From NCBI GenBank assembly GCA_964420205.1, contig CAYQSO010000003.1, positions 22,828 to 78,560 of the forward strand: a stretch of 55,733 nucleotides of DNA, in the 5' to 3' direction. Within the stretch, counting starts at the first letter, position 1. Each line of letters opens with the position of its first letter. Source of the stretch: an uncultured Candidatus Saccharibacteria bacterium (GTDB lineage: Bacteria; Patescibacteriota; Minisyncoccia; UBA6257; JAGOQP01). The notes beneath the pieces were generated by a model. That model saw only the letters and a program-made list of their open reading frames with translations, was not told where the DNA came from and did no database searches. Positions 24,883 to 32,908 of this stretch are shown piece after piece. The position numbers and the translations under genes are program-made.

Positions 24883-25344
24883 ATGAGAGGGTTTAGCGCA
24901 GTGGGTTTGTACTACCCACAACACCCAGAGAACATTGGTTCTGTACTAAGGGCTTCTGATTGCTTTGAATCAGCGTTCGTTGCAATAGGAGGGACAAAAT
25001 ACAAACGCTGTAGTACAGACACTTACAATACTTATAAACACAAACCATTACTACAAGTAGAAAATTTAAAAGATGTAATACCGTTTAACTGTATCCCAGT
25101 AGCAGTAGACTTACTCGACGATGCTGTGAACATTCATGAGTATGAACACCCAGAAAGAGCTTTCTATATATTCGGGCCAGAATATTCTACGCTTGATAAA
25201 AATGTTTTAGAGTATTGTAAAGATAAAATTTACATTCCTACTAAAGGATGTCTTAATCTTGCAATGGCAGTTAATATAGTACTATATGATAGAAATATGA
25301 AACTAAAAAGAAAGATGAGTGAAAATTATGAAAAAAGAATTTGA
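24883..25344 (+). CDS. SPOUT-family (SpoU/TrmH/TrmL-like) RNA 2'-O-methyltransferase
   Basis: 153 aa; three SpoU motifs PENIGSVLRASDCF, YIFGPEYSTLDKNVL, GCLNLAMAVNIVLYD; minimal TrmL-like size. Confidence 0.75.
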   Translation: MRGFSAVGLYYPQHPENIGSVLRASDCFESAFVAIGGTKYKRCSTDTYNTYKHKPLLQVENLKDVIPFNCIPVAVDLLDDAVNIHEYEHPERAFYIFGPEYSTLDKNVLEYCKDKIYIPTKGCLNLAMAVNIVLYDRNMKLKRKMSENYEKRI

Positions 25345-25564
25345 AATAATAGAATCAAAACAGGAGTATTTAAATTTTTATGGGGCAGATTTACAGAGCC
25401 TCGATTATCTAATAAGTAATTTTCATATGTTTGAAACAAGTGATTTAAATAGTAGGCTAAATTATTTAACATTGGTTCATGACACAGTACACAATTACCC
25501 TAATTTTAAATATGTTGTTGCTGAAATAGCAATTATAAAAGATAATTTAAATAGAAGAAGATAG
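25328..25564 (+). CDS. Hypothetical protein
   Basis: Track ORF 25319 (GTG start); ATG 25328 is the alternative. Confidence 0.6.
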   Translation: MKKEFEIIESKQEYLNFYGADLQSLDYLISNFHMFETSDLNSRLNYLTLVHDTVHNYPNFKYVVAEIAIIKDNLNRRR

Positions 25565-25578
25565 AAAAGGCTAATATT

Positions 25579-25776
25579 ATGAAAAAATTTAAGTTTTCTT
25601 ACGAAGAAGTGTGGTCTAAAACTTTTGAAGTTGAAGCAGAAACATTAGATGAAGCAAACGAGATAGCTAGTGATATGGCTTCTGATGGACAAATAGAAAT
25701 GGATTATAAAAATATTTTAAATTTTGGTGAGTGGAATGTAGAATTTGTAGAAGAGGTAAAAAGGAGAAACCCATGA
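25579..25776 (+). CDS. Hypothetical acidic protein
   Basis: 65 aa. Confidence 0.65.
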   Translation: MKKFKFSYEEVWSKTFEVEAETLDEANEIASDMASDGQIEMDYKNILNFGEWNVEFVEEVKRRNP

Positions 25777-25955
25777 ACTTAACAAAATACTTAAAACAAA
25801 ATTTATTACCAAATAACGAATTGTATAAAGATGTACAATTAACCGTTGATGACCTTTTAAATTTGCCGGATGGAGAACTTAAAGACAAATGGTTACCAGC
25901 AATAGAAGTTAAGAATGTTATATCTATTTTACTTAATAGTAATCAAATAGAATAA
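25773..25955 (+). CDS. Hypothetical protein
   Basis: Track ORF 25731 trimmed to ATG 25773 (aaggag SD; ATGA overlap with the upstream stop). Confidence 0.6.
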   Translation: MNLTKYLKQNLLPNNELYKDVQLTVDDLLNLPDGELKDKWLPAIEVKNVISILLNSNQIE

Positions 25956-25968
25956 AAGGAGATAGTAA

Positions 25969-26109
25969 ATGGATTTTAAAATTTTAAAAACAGAAAATAC
26001 TTGCTACAAAGATGGAGATTTTGACATTAGAATTGAGTTATTATTTAAAAATGGGGTTAAAGCGTTACTTTTCGAGCATAATTACGCAATAGAAAGAGGA
26101 GACGTATAA
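25969..26109 (+). CDS. Small hypothetical protein (46 aa)
   Basis: aaggag SD upstream; below track cutoff. Confidence 0.5.
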   Translation: MDFKILKTENTCYKDGDFDIRIELLFKNGVKALLFEHNYAIERGDV

Positions 26110-26270
26110 TGAAAGATATTGTAATACTCAGATTAACTAAAGAACAGTTTAATATGATTCATGATCTTGTTGGTTCTGAGACTGAGTATAGAGAAGATGA
26201 AGGAGAGCTTCCAGAAATATTAGAAGAATGGAAGATTTTATTTAATACTTTAGATACAGTAAATATATAG
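26109..26270 (+). CDS. Small hypothetical protein (53 aa)
   Basis: TAATG overlap with the upstream ORF; below track cutoff. Confidence 0.5.
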   Translation: MKDIVILRLTKEQFNMIHDLVGSETEYREDEGELPEILEEWKILFNTLDTVNI

Positions 26271-26281
26271 GAGAACAAATT

Positions 26282-26485
26282 ATGTACGCAAAAGAATTAA
26301 AAGAGAAATTAAAAAAATTACCTGATAATGCAGTGGTATATTTTTGTACTCCACAAAACCCGCAACGCCTATACGAAGTGTATGTGGTACGTAACGTTAA
26401 TTCTAAGATGGAATTAGACTATAAGTATAATTTAGAAGATGAAGAAAAAGAGGGAATTATTTACCCGACAGTAATTTTGGATTAA
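26282..26485 (+). CDS. Hypothetical protein
   Basis: 67 aa; aggag SD upstream. Confidence 0.7.
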   Translation: MYAKELKEKLKKLPDNAVVYFCTPQNPQRLYEVYVVRNVNSKMELDYKYNLEDEEKEGIIYPTVILD

Positions 26486-26501
26486 GAAAGTGAGGATAAT
26501 C

Positions 26502-26735
26502 ATGACATATTCTAAAGACGACCATGAAAAATATTTAAATGAGTTATACTCATATACCTATAACTATGATGAAACGTTAGATAATTTTTCTCACCTCTAT
26601 AAAATAAATACGTTTGCTAGAATTCACTTACTTTCCCATTATGAAAACCATACTCTTGGAACTCTTATGAGAAAGAAAGATCAAATTGCTTTTAATATTA
26701 GTTTTAACGATGAGAAAAGATTGAGAGAAAAATAA
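26502..26735 (+). CDS. Hypothetical protein
   Basis: Track ORF 26490 (GTG start); ATG 26502 has gagg upstream. Confidence 0.65.
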   Translation: MTYSKDDHEKYLNELYSYTYNYDETLDNFSHLYKINTFARIHLLSHYENHTLGTLMRKKDQIAFNISFNDEKRLREK

Positions 26736-26752
26736 AGAAGCATTTTAACTGT

Positions 26753-26782
26753 TTGACAAAGCGTAATTAAATGTGATATAAA
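26753..26782 (+). promoter_or_regulatory. Sigma-A type promoter with extended -10
   Basis: TTGACA (26753-26758), 18-bp spacer containing TG, TATAAA (26777-26782); 21 nt upstream of ATG 26804. Confidence 0.6.
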
Positions 26783-26803
26783 AATTGAAAGTGGGGATAG
26801 AAT

Positions 26804-28837
26804 ATGAATTTTATTAAATTTAAAGAAAAAGTAGATGCCCAATTCACTCTTATGAGTAAGGGCGAGTTATTTAGAACATCGGTTACTAAAGATAAGCTTT
26901 GGGAAACCTATTTATCGTCTTTTCCTGAAGGGTCAAATCCAATTTTTAGGGAAAGAACAGAGCATGATTGTAATTGCTGTAAACAATTTATCAGGGCAGT
27001 TGGAAATGTAGTGTCTATAATTGACAACAAGCTAGTGAGTATCTGGGATATAACTATTGACACTGAAGAAGAAAAACCGTATCAAGTAGTAGCTGACTCT
27101 TTAGCTAAATTAGTTAAATCTGCACCTATTGATAATGTATTTAAACATACAGAACGCACGGCAGGAACAGATAAAAATTATGAAGATAACGATGATGGTG
27201 TTATTACTTGGGACCACTTCTTTGTTAATATACCTTCTCAGTTTGTAATGAGAGGTGTTGATATAGGTAACAAATTAAGTGATTTTCGTTCTACACGTGA
27301 TGTATTATATCGTGGTTTAACCGAAATTAATGATGAATCAGTAGACACTGTTTTGGAATTGATTGCACAAAATAGTTTATATCGTGGTGAAGAACATAAG
27401 AACTCCTTAAAGATATTTAAAAAATTAAAAACTGAATTTAATAAGTTATCTGTAGAGGAAAGAGATAACTTTGTGTGGTCAATAATTAGTACATTATCGC
27501 CAGCCATAGCTAAGATTCGTAATACTTCTATAGGTACCCTTTTAGTTAATCTATCGGAAGGTAAAGAATTGGAGTATGCAGTTAAAGCATTTGAAACTAT
27601 TGTTGCACCAACTAATTATAAAAGGCCGACTGCTCTCGTGACTAAAGCAATGGTGGAGAAAGCTAAGAAAACAATAGAAGAACTCGGACTTACATCAGCA
27701 CTTGAAAGACGCTATGCCCAGTTATCAGATATTAATGTAAATAATATTTTATTTGCTGATAGAAATGCTAAAAAACAAATGAAAGATTCAATAACATCTG
27801 TATTTGATGAGATAGCTGATTCTTCAATAAATCCAAAATCTTTTAATAAAATTGAGGAAGTGGCTATTGATAAATTTATTTCAGACGTATTGCCTACAGC
27901 TAAGACAGTTGAAGTTTTATTTGAAAATAAACATCAAAAGAATTTAGTCAGTCTTATAGCACCTGTAGATTCTAATGCAAAACCATTATTTAAATGGAGC
28001 AATAATTTTAGCTGGTCTTATAACGGAGATTTAACAGACTCTGTAATCAAGGAGAGAGTTAAACAAGCAGGTGGAAGTATTGAAGGCGATGTTTGTTGTA
28101 GATTAGCTTGGTATAATTATGATGATTTAGATTTACATATGATTGAACCTAATGGTTGTAAAATTTATTTTGGTAATAAGGATAGTTCAAATGGTGGTCA
28201 ACTAGATGTAGATATGAATGCTAGTGGTAGAAATACAAGAAAACCTGTAGAGAACATTTTCTATAGAGATAAATCAAGAATGCGTGAAGGTGTTTATACT
28301 TTATTTGTTCATAACTATTGTAAGCGTGAAACTAATGATGTGGGTTTTGAAGTAGAAGTTGATATAAAAGGAGAACTCCATAGGTTTGAATACCAAAAAG
28401 CTGTTAAAAGTAAGGAAAAAATAAAAGTAATGGAGCTTGAGTATTCGAAGAAAAATGGTTTTAAAATTATAAAATCTCTTGAAAGTACAACAGTTTCTAA
28501 GAATATTTGGGGAATTTCTACTAACCAATTCCATAAAGTAAATGTAATGATGATGTCACCTAATTTCTGGGATGGACAATTAGGCATTGGAAACAAGCAT
28601 TATTTCTTTATGTTAGATGGTTGTGCTAACGAAGGACAAGCAAGAGGATTCTTTAACGAGTTTTTAAAACCAGAGCTTGACCCACATCGTAAAGTAATTG
28701 AGATTGTTGGAAGTAAAATGAAAACCCAAGAATCAGAAAATCAATTAAGTGGTATAGGGTTATCTAGTACACAAAGAAATAAAATAACAGTTCGTGTAAC
28801 GGGAACTGTTACTCGTATTATTACCGTTATAATTTAA
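26804..28837 (+). CDS. Large (677 aa) uncharacterised protein; C-terminal region possibly DUF2135/YfaP-like
   Basis: Largest ORF in the window; own promoter. N-terminal HDCNCCKQF motif. The segment DDLDLHMIEPNGCKIYFGNKDSSNGGQLDVDMNASG resembles, from memory, the DUF2135 signature. Confidence 0.8.
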   Translation: MNFIKFKEKVDAQFTLMSKGELFRTSVTKDKLWETYLSSFPEGSNPIFRERTEHDCNCCKQFIRAVGNVVSIIDNKLVSIWDITIDTEEEKPYQVVADSLAKLVKSAPIDNVFKHTERTAGTDKNYEDNDDGVITWDHFFVNIPSQFVMRGVDIGNKLSDFRSTRDVLYRGLTEINDESVDTVLELIAQNSLYRGEEHKNSLKIFKKLKTEFNKLSVEERDNFVWSIISTLSPAIAKIRNTSIGTLLVNLSEGKELEYAVKAFETIVAPTNYKRPTALVTKAMVEKAKKTIEELGLTSALERRYAQLSDINVNNILFADRNAKKQMKDSITSVFDEIADSSINPKSFNKIEEVAIDKFISDVLPTAKTVEVLFENKHQKNLVSLIAPVDSNAKPLFKWSNNFSWSYNGDLTDSVIKERVKQAGGSIEGDVCCRLAWYNYDDLDLHMIEPNGCKIYFGNKDSSNGGQLDVDMNASGRNTRKPVENIFYRDKSRMREGVYTLFVHNYCKRETNDVGFEVEVDIKGELHRFEYQKAVKSKEKIKVMELEYSKKNGFKIIKSLESTTVSKNIWGISTNQFHKVNVMMMSPNFWDGQLGIGNKHYFFMLDGCANEGQARGFFNEFLKPELDPHRKVIEIVGSKMKTQESENQLSGIGLSSTQRNKITVRVTGTVTRIITVII

Positions 28838-28862
28838 TTAATAATTAAAAAGGAGAAGAACT

Positions 28863-29255
28863 ATGTTTGAAAAAGCAACTCGTATGAAACTGAGGTTTGA
28901 AACACCTAAAGGGCAGCTAGATGTTGAGGATTTATGGAACCTTCCATTAACAAGCAACATGGGAAAAGCTAATTTAGATGATGTTGCTCGTTTGTTACAC
29001 AAACAGTTAAAGAGTGGAGATAATATATCTTTCGTAGAAAAAGATAAAAAGTCAGACGAAACAATTCAATTAAAATTTGATATTGTTAAACATATTATTG
29101 ATGTTCGTTTAACTGAAAGTGAGGCTGCTAAAAACGCACGTCTAAGAGCAGAACAAAAACAACAACTATTAGCTCTTATTGCAGAAAAAGAAGGGGATAC
29201 TTTAAAAGGGTTATCTTTAGAAGAATTACGCAAAAAAGTAGCTGAGCTAGATTAG
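28863..29255 (+). CDS. 130-aa partner protein with coiled-coil C-terminus
   Basis: aaggag SD upstream; 25 nt after the 677-aa gene; followed by a hairpin terminator. Confidence 0.75.
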   Translation: MFEKATRMKLRFETPKGQLDVEDLWNLPLTSNMGKANLDDVARLLHKQLKSGDNISFVEKDKKSDETIQLKFDIVKHIIDVRLTESEAAKNARLRAEQKQQLLALIAEKEGDTLKGLSLEELRKKVAELD

Positions 29256-29263
29256 TATTCTTT

Positions 29264-29281
29264 GCCCGATTAATTTCGGGC
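29264..29281 (+). terminator. GC hairpin terminator
   Basis: gcccga ttaatt tcgggc; T-rich sequence follows after a few nt. Confidence 0.55.
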
Positions 29282-29355
29282 CTTGATTTAATTTTTTATT
29301 TTACTTGGATTAAAAAATTAAATTAAAGTGAAAACAAAAAGAAAGGAACACATAC

Positions 29356-29622
29356 ATGTATATAATTGAAACAGGTTACGTAGGAATACAGGACGAAGAA
29401 GTGTTCGCTGAGATAACAAATTATTTATGTGAAAAATCAGAGTCCAATAAACCCGAGTTAACTTCTGTGTTAGTACTGATAGAATTATTTGATTGTCTTG
29501 TAGATTTCTTTAGGGATGGGGTAAGACCTATTGAAGAAGAATTAAAAAATGAAATAGAATATGATATGGTATTAAAACATTTAATGAAACCAGACACTTC
29601 AATAGAATTTTATTTATCGTAA
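29356..29622 (+). CDS. Hypothetical acidic protein
   Basis: 88 aa; aaagga SD upstream; monocistronic between two terminators. Confidence 0.65.
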   Translation: MYIIETGYVGIQDEEVFAEITNYLCEKSESNKPELTSVLVLIELFDCLVDFFRDGVRPIEEELKNEIEYDMVLKHLMKPDTSIEFYLS

Positions 29623-29625
29623 TAT

Positions 29626-29654
29626 CTGCTTCATGCTCATAGGAAGCAGTTTTA
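29626..29654 (+). terminator. Rho-independent terminator
   Basis: ctgcttc / gaagcag stem, 10-nt loop, then TTTT. Confidence 0.6.
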
Positions 29655-29664
29655 CTCCTTGACT

Positions 29665-29730
29665 ACTAATTAACTTAAAAGTTAATTAGTTTTCTTTTTA
29701 GATTATAAATAATATAATCTAAAAAGAAAA
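29665..29730. promoter_or_regulatory. Two adjacent perfect palindromes (12-bp and 18-bp arms)
   Basis: actaattaactt aa aagttaattagt (29665-29690) and ttttctttttagattata aataa tataatctaaaaagaaaa (29690-29730). Confidence 0.8.
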
Positions 29731-29753
29731 CTAAGAAAGAAAGGAGAAAGAAA

Positions 29754-30044
29754 ATGAAAAATTATGTTGAGATTCAAAAAGATATTAGTGTTGCTAAAGG
29801 TGGTATCCATTTTTATGGTGCTTTAGTACAAGGAGATATTAGATGGCTTAGAGGATCCAACTATAAGGGACAAGGTTATACAAATTTACAAGTTTGTAAA
29901 AATAATTATGTAGTTTTTAGTTACTCTTTCCCTAGGATGTCACAACAGAAATATGACTTTTTAAAAAAAGAATTTATGTCACTAGGAATAATAGATAAAT
30001 TCGGAGAGAGTATAATAAAGGAGAAAGAAAATGAAATTAAGTAA
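29754..30044 (+). CDS. Hypothetical protein
   Basis: 96 aa; aaggag SD upstream. Confidence 0.7.
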   Translation: MKNYVEIQKDISVAKGGIHFYGALVQGDIRWLRGSNYKGQGYTNLQVCKNNYVVFSYSFPRMSQQKYDFLKKEFMSLGIIDKFGESIIKEKENEIK

Positions 30045-30213
30045 TGAAGCAAAAGATTTTTTATTCGAGTTAATAGGGGCTGCTGTAGATGCCATAGAGA
30101 TAGAAGAAGACGGTATACTATATCTAAACTCAAATAAAATGAATATAGTAGTTATGAGTGATAAAGATATAAGAGAAGAGTTAGAAAAGTTTTCGGATAG
30201 TTTATGTTATTAG
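30031..30213 (+). CDS. Hypothetical acidic protein
   Basis: 60 aa; aaggag SD upstream. Its 3' end forms the left direct repeat of the cassette. Confidence 0.6.
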   Translation: MKLSNEAKDFLFELIGAAVDAIEIEEDGILYLNSNKMNIVVMSDKDIREELEKFSDSLCY

Positions 30214-30233
30214 AGAAAGAGGATAAGATAATG
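30171..30233. repeat. Left copy of about 60-bp direct repeat flanking the 30231 cassette
   Basis: aagagaagagttagaaaagttttcggatagtttatgttattagagaaagaggataagataatg. Confidence 0.85.
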
Positions 30234-30746
30234 AAAATAACATTAGAACAAATTAAGGACCTTGATCTTTACATTGGTGGCTATAAAAAATTAGCCAATT
30301 ATATAAGAGATAATAATATTAAAGAACCTTTTGATTGCAAAATCATTAAAGAGAGTAATGACGTTGATGATTTTCTTTGGGTGATGTGCCATGAGCAATT
30401 TATCGATGCCAAAACATTAAGGCTCTTTGCTGTTTGGTGTGCTAGAGAAGTATTGAAATTAATAAAAAACCCAGATCCAAGAAGCATAAAAGCTTGTGAT
30501 GTTACGGAAAAATTTGCTAATGGAAAAGCTACTCAGGAAGAATTAAATATTGCTAAAGATGCTGCTTGGGATGCTGCTTGGACTGCTGGGGCTGATGCTG
30601 CTAGGGCTGCTACTGCTAGAGTTGCTGCTAGGGCCGCTATCGGGGCTGCTAGGGCTGCTGGGGCTGATGCTGCTAGGGCTGCTAGGGCTGCTGGGGCTGA
30701 AAAAGAAAAGCAATTTAAAAAGTTGTGTGAAATGGCAGATTTATAG
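30231..30746 (+). CDS. Alanine-repeat protein, paralog B (possibly Imm5-like helical domain plus (A-A-R/W-x)n tail)
   Basis: Track ORF 30204 trimmed to ATG 30231 (gagg SD). CAREVLKLIKNPDPRSIKACDVTEKFANGKATQEELN, then DAAWDAAWTAGADAARAATARVAARAAIGAARAAGADAARAARAAGA. Confidence 0.75.
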   Translation: MKITLEQIKDLDLYIGGYKKLANYIRDNNIKEPFDCKIIKESNDVDDFLWVMCHEQFIDAKTLRLFAVWCAREVLKLIKNPDPRSIKACDVTEKFANGKATQEELNIAKDAAWDAAWTAGADAARAATARVAARAAIGAARAAGADAARAARAAGAEKEKQFKKLCEMADL

Positions 30747-30770
30747 ACAGATAAAAATTTTGATTGTATT

Positions 30771-30831
30771 AAGAGAGAAGTTAGAAAAGTTCTTAGATAG
30801 TTCATGTTATTAGAGAAAGGGTAAGATAATG
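30771..30831. repeat. Right copy of the direct repeat (about 85 percent identical, 600-bp period)
   Basis: aagagagaagttagaaaagttcttagatagttcatgttattagagaaagggtaagataatg; would encode ..REKLEKFLDSSCY*, versus ..REELEKFSDSLCY* in the left copy. Confidence 0.85.
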
Positions 30832-31011
30832 AAGAAGATAGTTTTTTATACAGGGAGTTCTAGAGAACTTAGTGGAGAGTGTGATGAATGTGGCGCTAAA
30901 GACAATCTTATTGAATTAGAGTTTCAGTGCAAAAATTCCTGTTCAATAGATTCTATTATTTTGTGTAAAGAACATTATGAACAGTTAATAAGAGAAATAG
31001 GAGAGCTTTAA
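30829..31011 (+). CDS. Small Cys-rich hypothetical protein
   Basis: 60 aa; CDECGA ... C..C. Confidence 0.6.
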   Translation: MKKIVFYTGSSRELSGECDECGAKDNLIELEFQCKNSCSIDSIILCKEHYEQLIREIGEL

Positions 31012-31012
31012 A

Positions 31013-31429
31013 ATGGATAAAGATAAAATTAGGAGAAATAAATTGAACGAGAGGAAAGAAATGATAACTGAAGAATTAAAAGAAGTAATTGCTTGTGAAC
31101 TTGGAGAAGAATCTGAACTTATTCTTGATGGGATTTTAAGTCTCGAAGAAGAAAATAATAGTTTAAAAGAAGAGATAAAAAATTTAAACAATTACAACCC
31201 TGCAAATAACCCTCATTTTAAAGCTGCACAATATTTAAGAAAAGAAAATGAGAAGCTAAATAGGTTTGTAAAAAATATTTTATCTTGGATTAAAGATACA
31301 GAAAAAGAAATTAAAGGTATTGATGAAACCTCCTCTTACGAGATTTCACCTCAAACTAAAAATAAACGCATTAACAAAGCCAAAATTGAAACTTATGACT
31401 GGATTAAAAAAGAAATAGGAGAGCTCTAA
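31013..31429 (+). CDS. Coiled-coil hypothetical protein
   Basis: 138 aa; aggag SD upstream. Confidence 0.7.
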   Translation: MDKDKIRRNKLNERKEMITEELKEVIACELGEESELILDGILSLEEENNSLKEEIKNLNNYNPANNPHFKAAQYLRKENEKLNRFVKNILSWIKDTEKEIKGIDETSSYEISPQTKNKRINKAKIETYDWIKKEIGEL

Positions 31430-31430
31430 G

Positions 31431-31811
31431 ATGTATCTAACACAAGAAGAATTCGAGATAGTATACCCCACTGTAAAAGAAACTAATAGGGCAGATGGAT
31501 TTCCGGGGCATTTCTGTTGTGCCTATAAATGCCATTTTAGGTTACACCACCATACCCTTAACCAATTCGGAAAACGTTATAGGATAAGTACTGTAGGTCT
31601 TCACGAAGACCTCTTAGACAAAGATAAATATGAGACATTTAATCTTAGTAAAGATTTGTTATTTGAAACTATGGTTTGTAAGGAAGATGATATTACTGGG
31701 CAAGTTATTAGTTTTGAAGTAGAAAAAAAGTTTTCAAGAACTTCTATAGAAGCTACAAAGATACACTATAATTTGGTACAAAAATATACAGGGGAGTTAA
31801 AAGATGAATAA
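31431..31811 (+). CDS. Hypothetical protein
   Basis: 126 aa; aggag SD upstream. Confidence 0.7.
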   Translation: MYLTQEEFEIVYPTVKETNRADGFPGHFCCAYKCHFRLHHHTLNQFGKRYRISTVGLHEDLLDKDKYETFNLSKDLLFETMVCKEDDITGQVISFEVEKKFSRTSIEATKIHYNLVQKYTGELKDE

Positions 31812-32187
31812 AGATACTAAAGATTTTATAAAGCAATACATGGTAACGGCACTCTGGTCATCGACAGATGAGAGAGAGGAAGCAGAGCACGAGTTCCTTG
31901 ACGCAGAGTTTTCTATCCATGACTTTTCGTATTCAGCTACAAAAAGAATTATAAGGGATTGTAAAGAATTCATAGAAAAAACTAAATACATACTTAATAG
32001 AGTGAAAAACAAGTATAGTTACGAAAGTGCTGGTCACGATTTCTGGCTCACGAGAAACAGACACGGAGCAGGTTTCTGGGATCGCTTCGATGAACTATCT
32101 AAAGAGGACAGAGATTTTTTAACAGACATGTCCGAGTACGGCCCAGTTAATTTATACGCAGAAAATGGTAAAGTACACATATGGTAA
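31804..32187 (+). CDS. Hypothetical protein with HDFWLTRNRHGAGFWD motif
   Basis: 127 aa. The motif is typical, from memory, of a small plasmid/phage accessory family. Carries the 36-bp repeat at 31974-32009. Confidence 0.7.
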   Translation: MNKDTKDFIKQYMVTALWSSTDEREEAEHEFLDAEFSIHDFSYSATKRIIRDCKEFIEKTKYILNRVKNKYSYESAGHDFWLTRNRHGAGFWDRFDELSKEDRDFLTDMSEYGPVNLYAENGKVHIW

Positions 32188-32201
32188 AGGAGGAAAGAAA
32201 A

Positions 32202-32408
32202 ATGATAGGAGAAGTAATCAGATTACCTTATATGGAAATGGTAGCTACCCCCCATCCTAAAGGTGGGTACGCTTTACAAATAGTACGTTCGGGTATTCTA
32301 CATAACTCTGTACAAATAAGTAAATTTACATTAGACTGGTTAGAGAAAAAAGATAAATTAATTGGTGATTTAGTGAAGAAAGTTGAGGAGCTAAAAACAA
32401 ATGAGTAA
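32202..32408 (+). CDS. Hypothetical protein
   Basis: Track ORF 32181 trimmed to ATG 32202 (aaggagg SD). Confidence 0.65.
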   Translation: MIGEVIRLPYMEMVATPHPKGGYALQIVRSGILHNSVQISKFTLDWLEKKDKLIGDLVKKVEELKTNE

Positions 32409-32844
32409 TAAAATTAAAAAGATCTTAAGTAGGGGTAAAAACATTTTTATGGATCTTTATCCGAGTAAAGGTATTCTTGCAGATGTAAAACCTTATTCGA
32501 TTAGAAACAAATTAATAGTTGATGAGTTTATTTATAACTGTGAAGTCTCTTTAAAAGAGCACGGATACATCCCTAAAGTTTTCAAAGAGGAGATTGTAGA
32601 TGCTTTTGACTTAATAGCACAGGACGCTAAACATCTTTTTTACACAGAAGCCCCTTTAATAAAATATATGATGGAGCAATTAGAAACTAGGACAAGTCTT
32701 AAAAAAGCTTTCTCAGATGTGTTTGATTATATTAACAGAGAAATATTAGAGTCTTATACTCGCATAGAAAATTATGAGGACTTCATCAACCTAAAAAAAG
32801 GGAAAGGAAAGTATTGTAAGCAAGAAGCTTCCAGCTTAAAATAA
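32401..32844 (+). CDS. Hypothetical protein
   Basis: 147 aa; gaggag SD upstream. Confidence 0.7.
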   Translation: MSNKIKKILSRGKNIFMDLYPSKGILADVKPYSIRNKLIVDEFIYNCEVSLKEHGYIPKVFKEEIVDAFDLIAQDAKHLFYTEAPLIKYMMEQLETRTSLKKAFSDVFDYINREILESYTRIENYEDFINLKKGKGKYCKQEASSLK

Positions 32845-32852
32845 GCTGGAAG
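32828..32852 (+). terminator. 10-bp hairpin spanning the stop codon of 32401..32844
   Basis: cttccagctt aaaat aagctggaag; no strong T-run. A second hairpin aagtagt/actactt lies at about 32875-32900. Confidence 0.45.
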
Positions 32853-32908
32853 GTAGCTTGAAAGATGAAAGGATTAAGTAGTTTGGGTTTTAGACTACTT
32901 TTCCACTT

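Noticed and set aside
30299-30813. Track ORFs 30299..30487 (-), 30533..30805 (-) and 30550..30813 (+)
   Set aside because: These are alternative frames of the alanine-repeat region of gene 30231..30746. The C-terminus of 30550..30813 is just the decayed right direct repeat.
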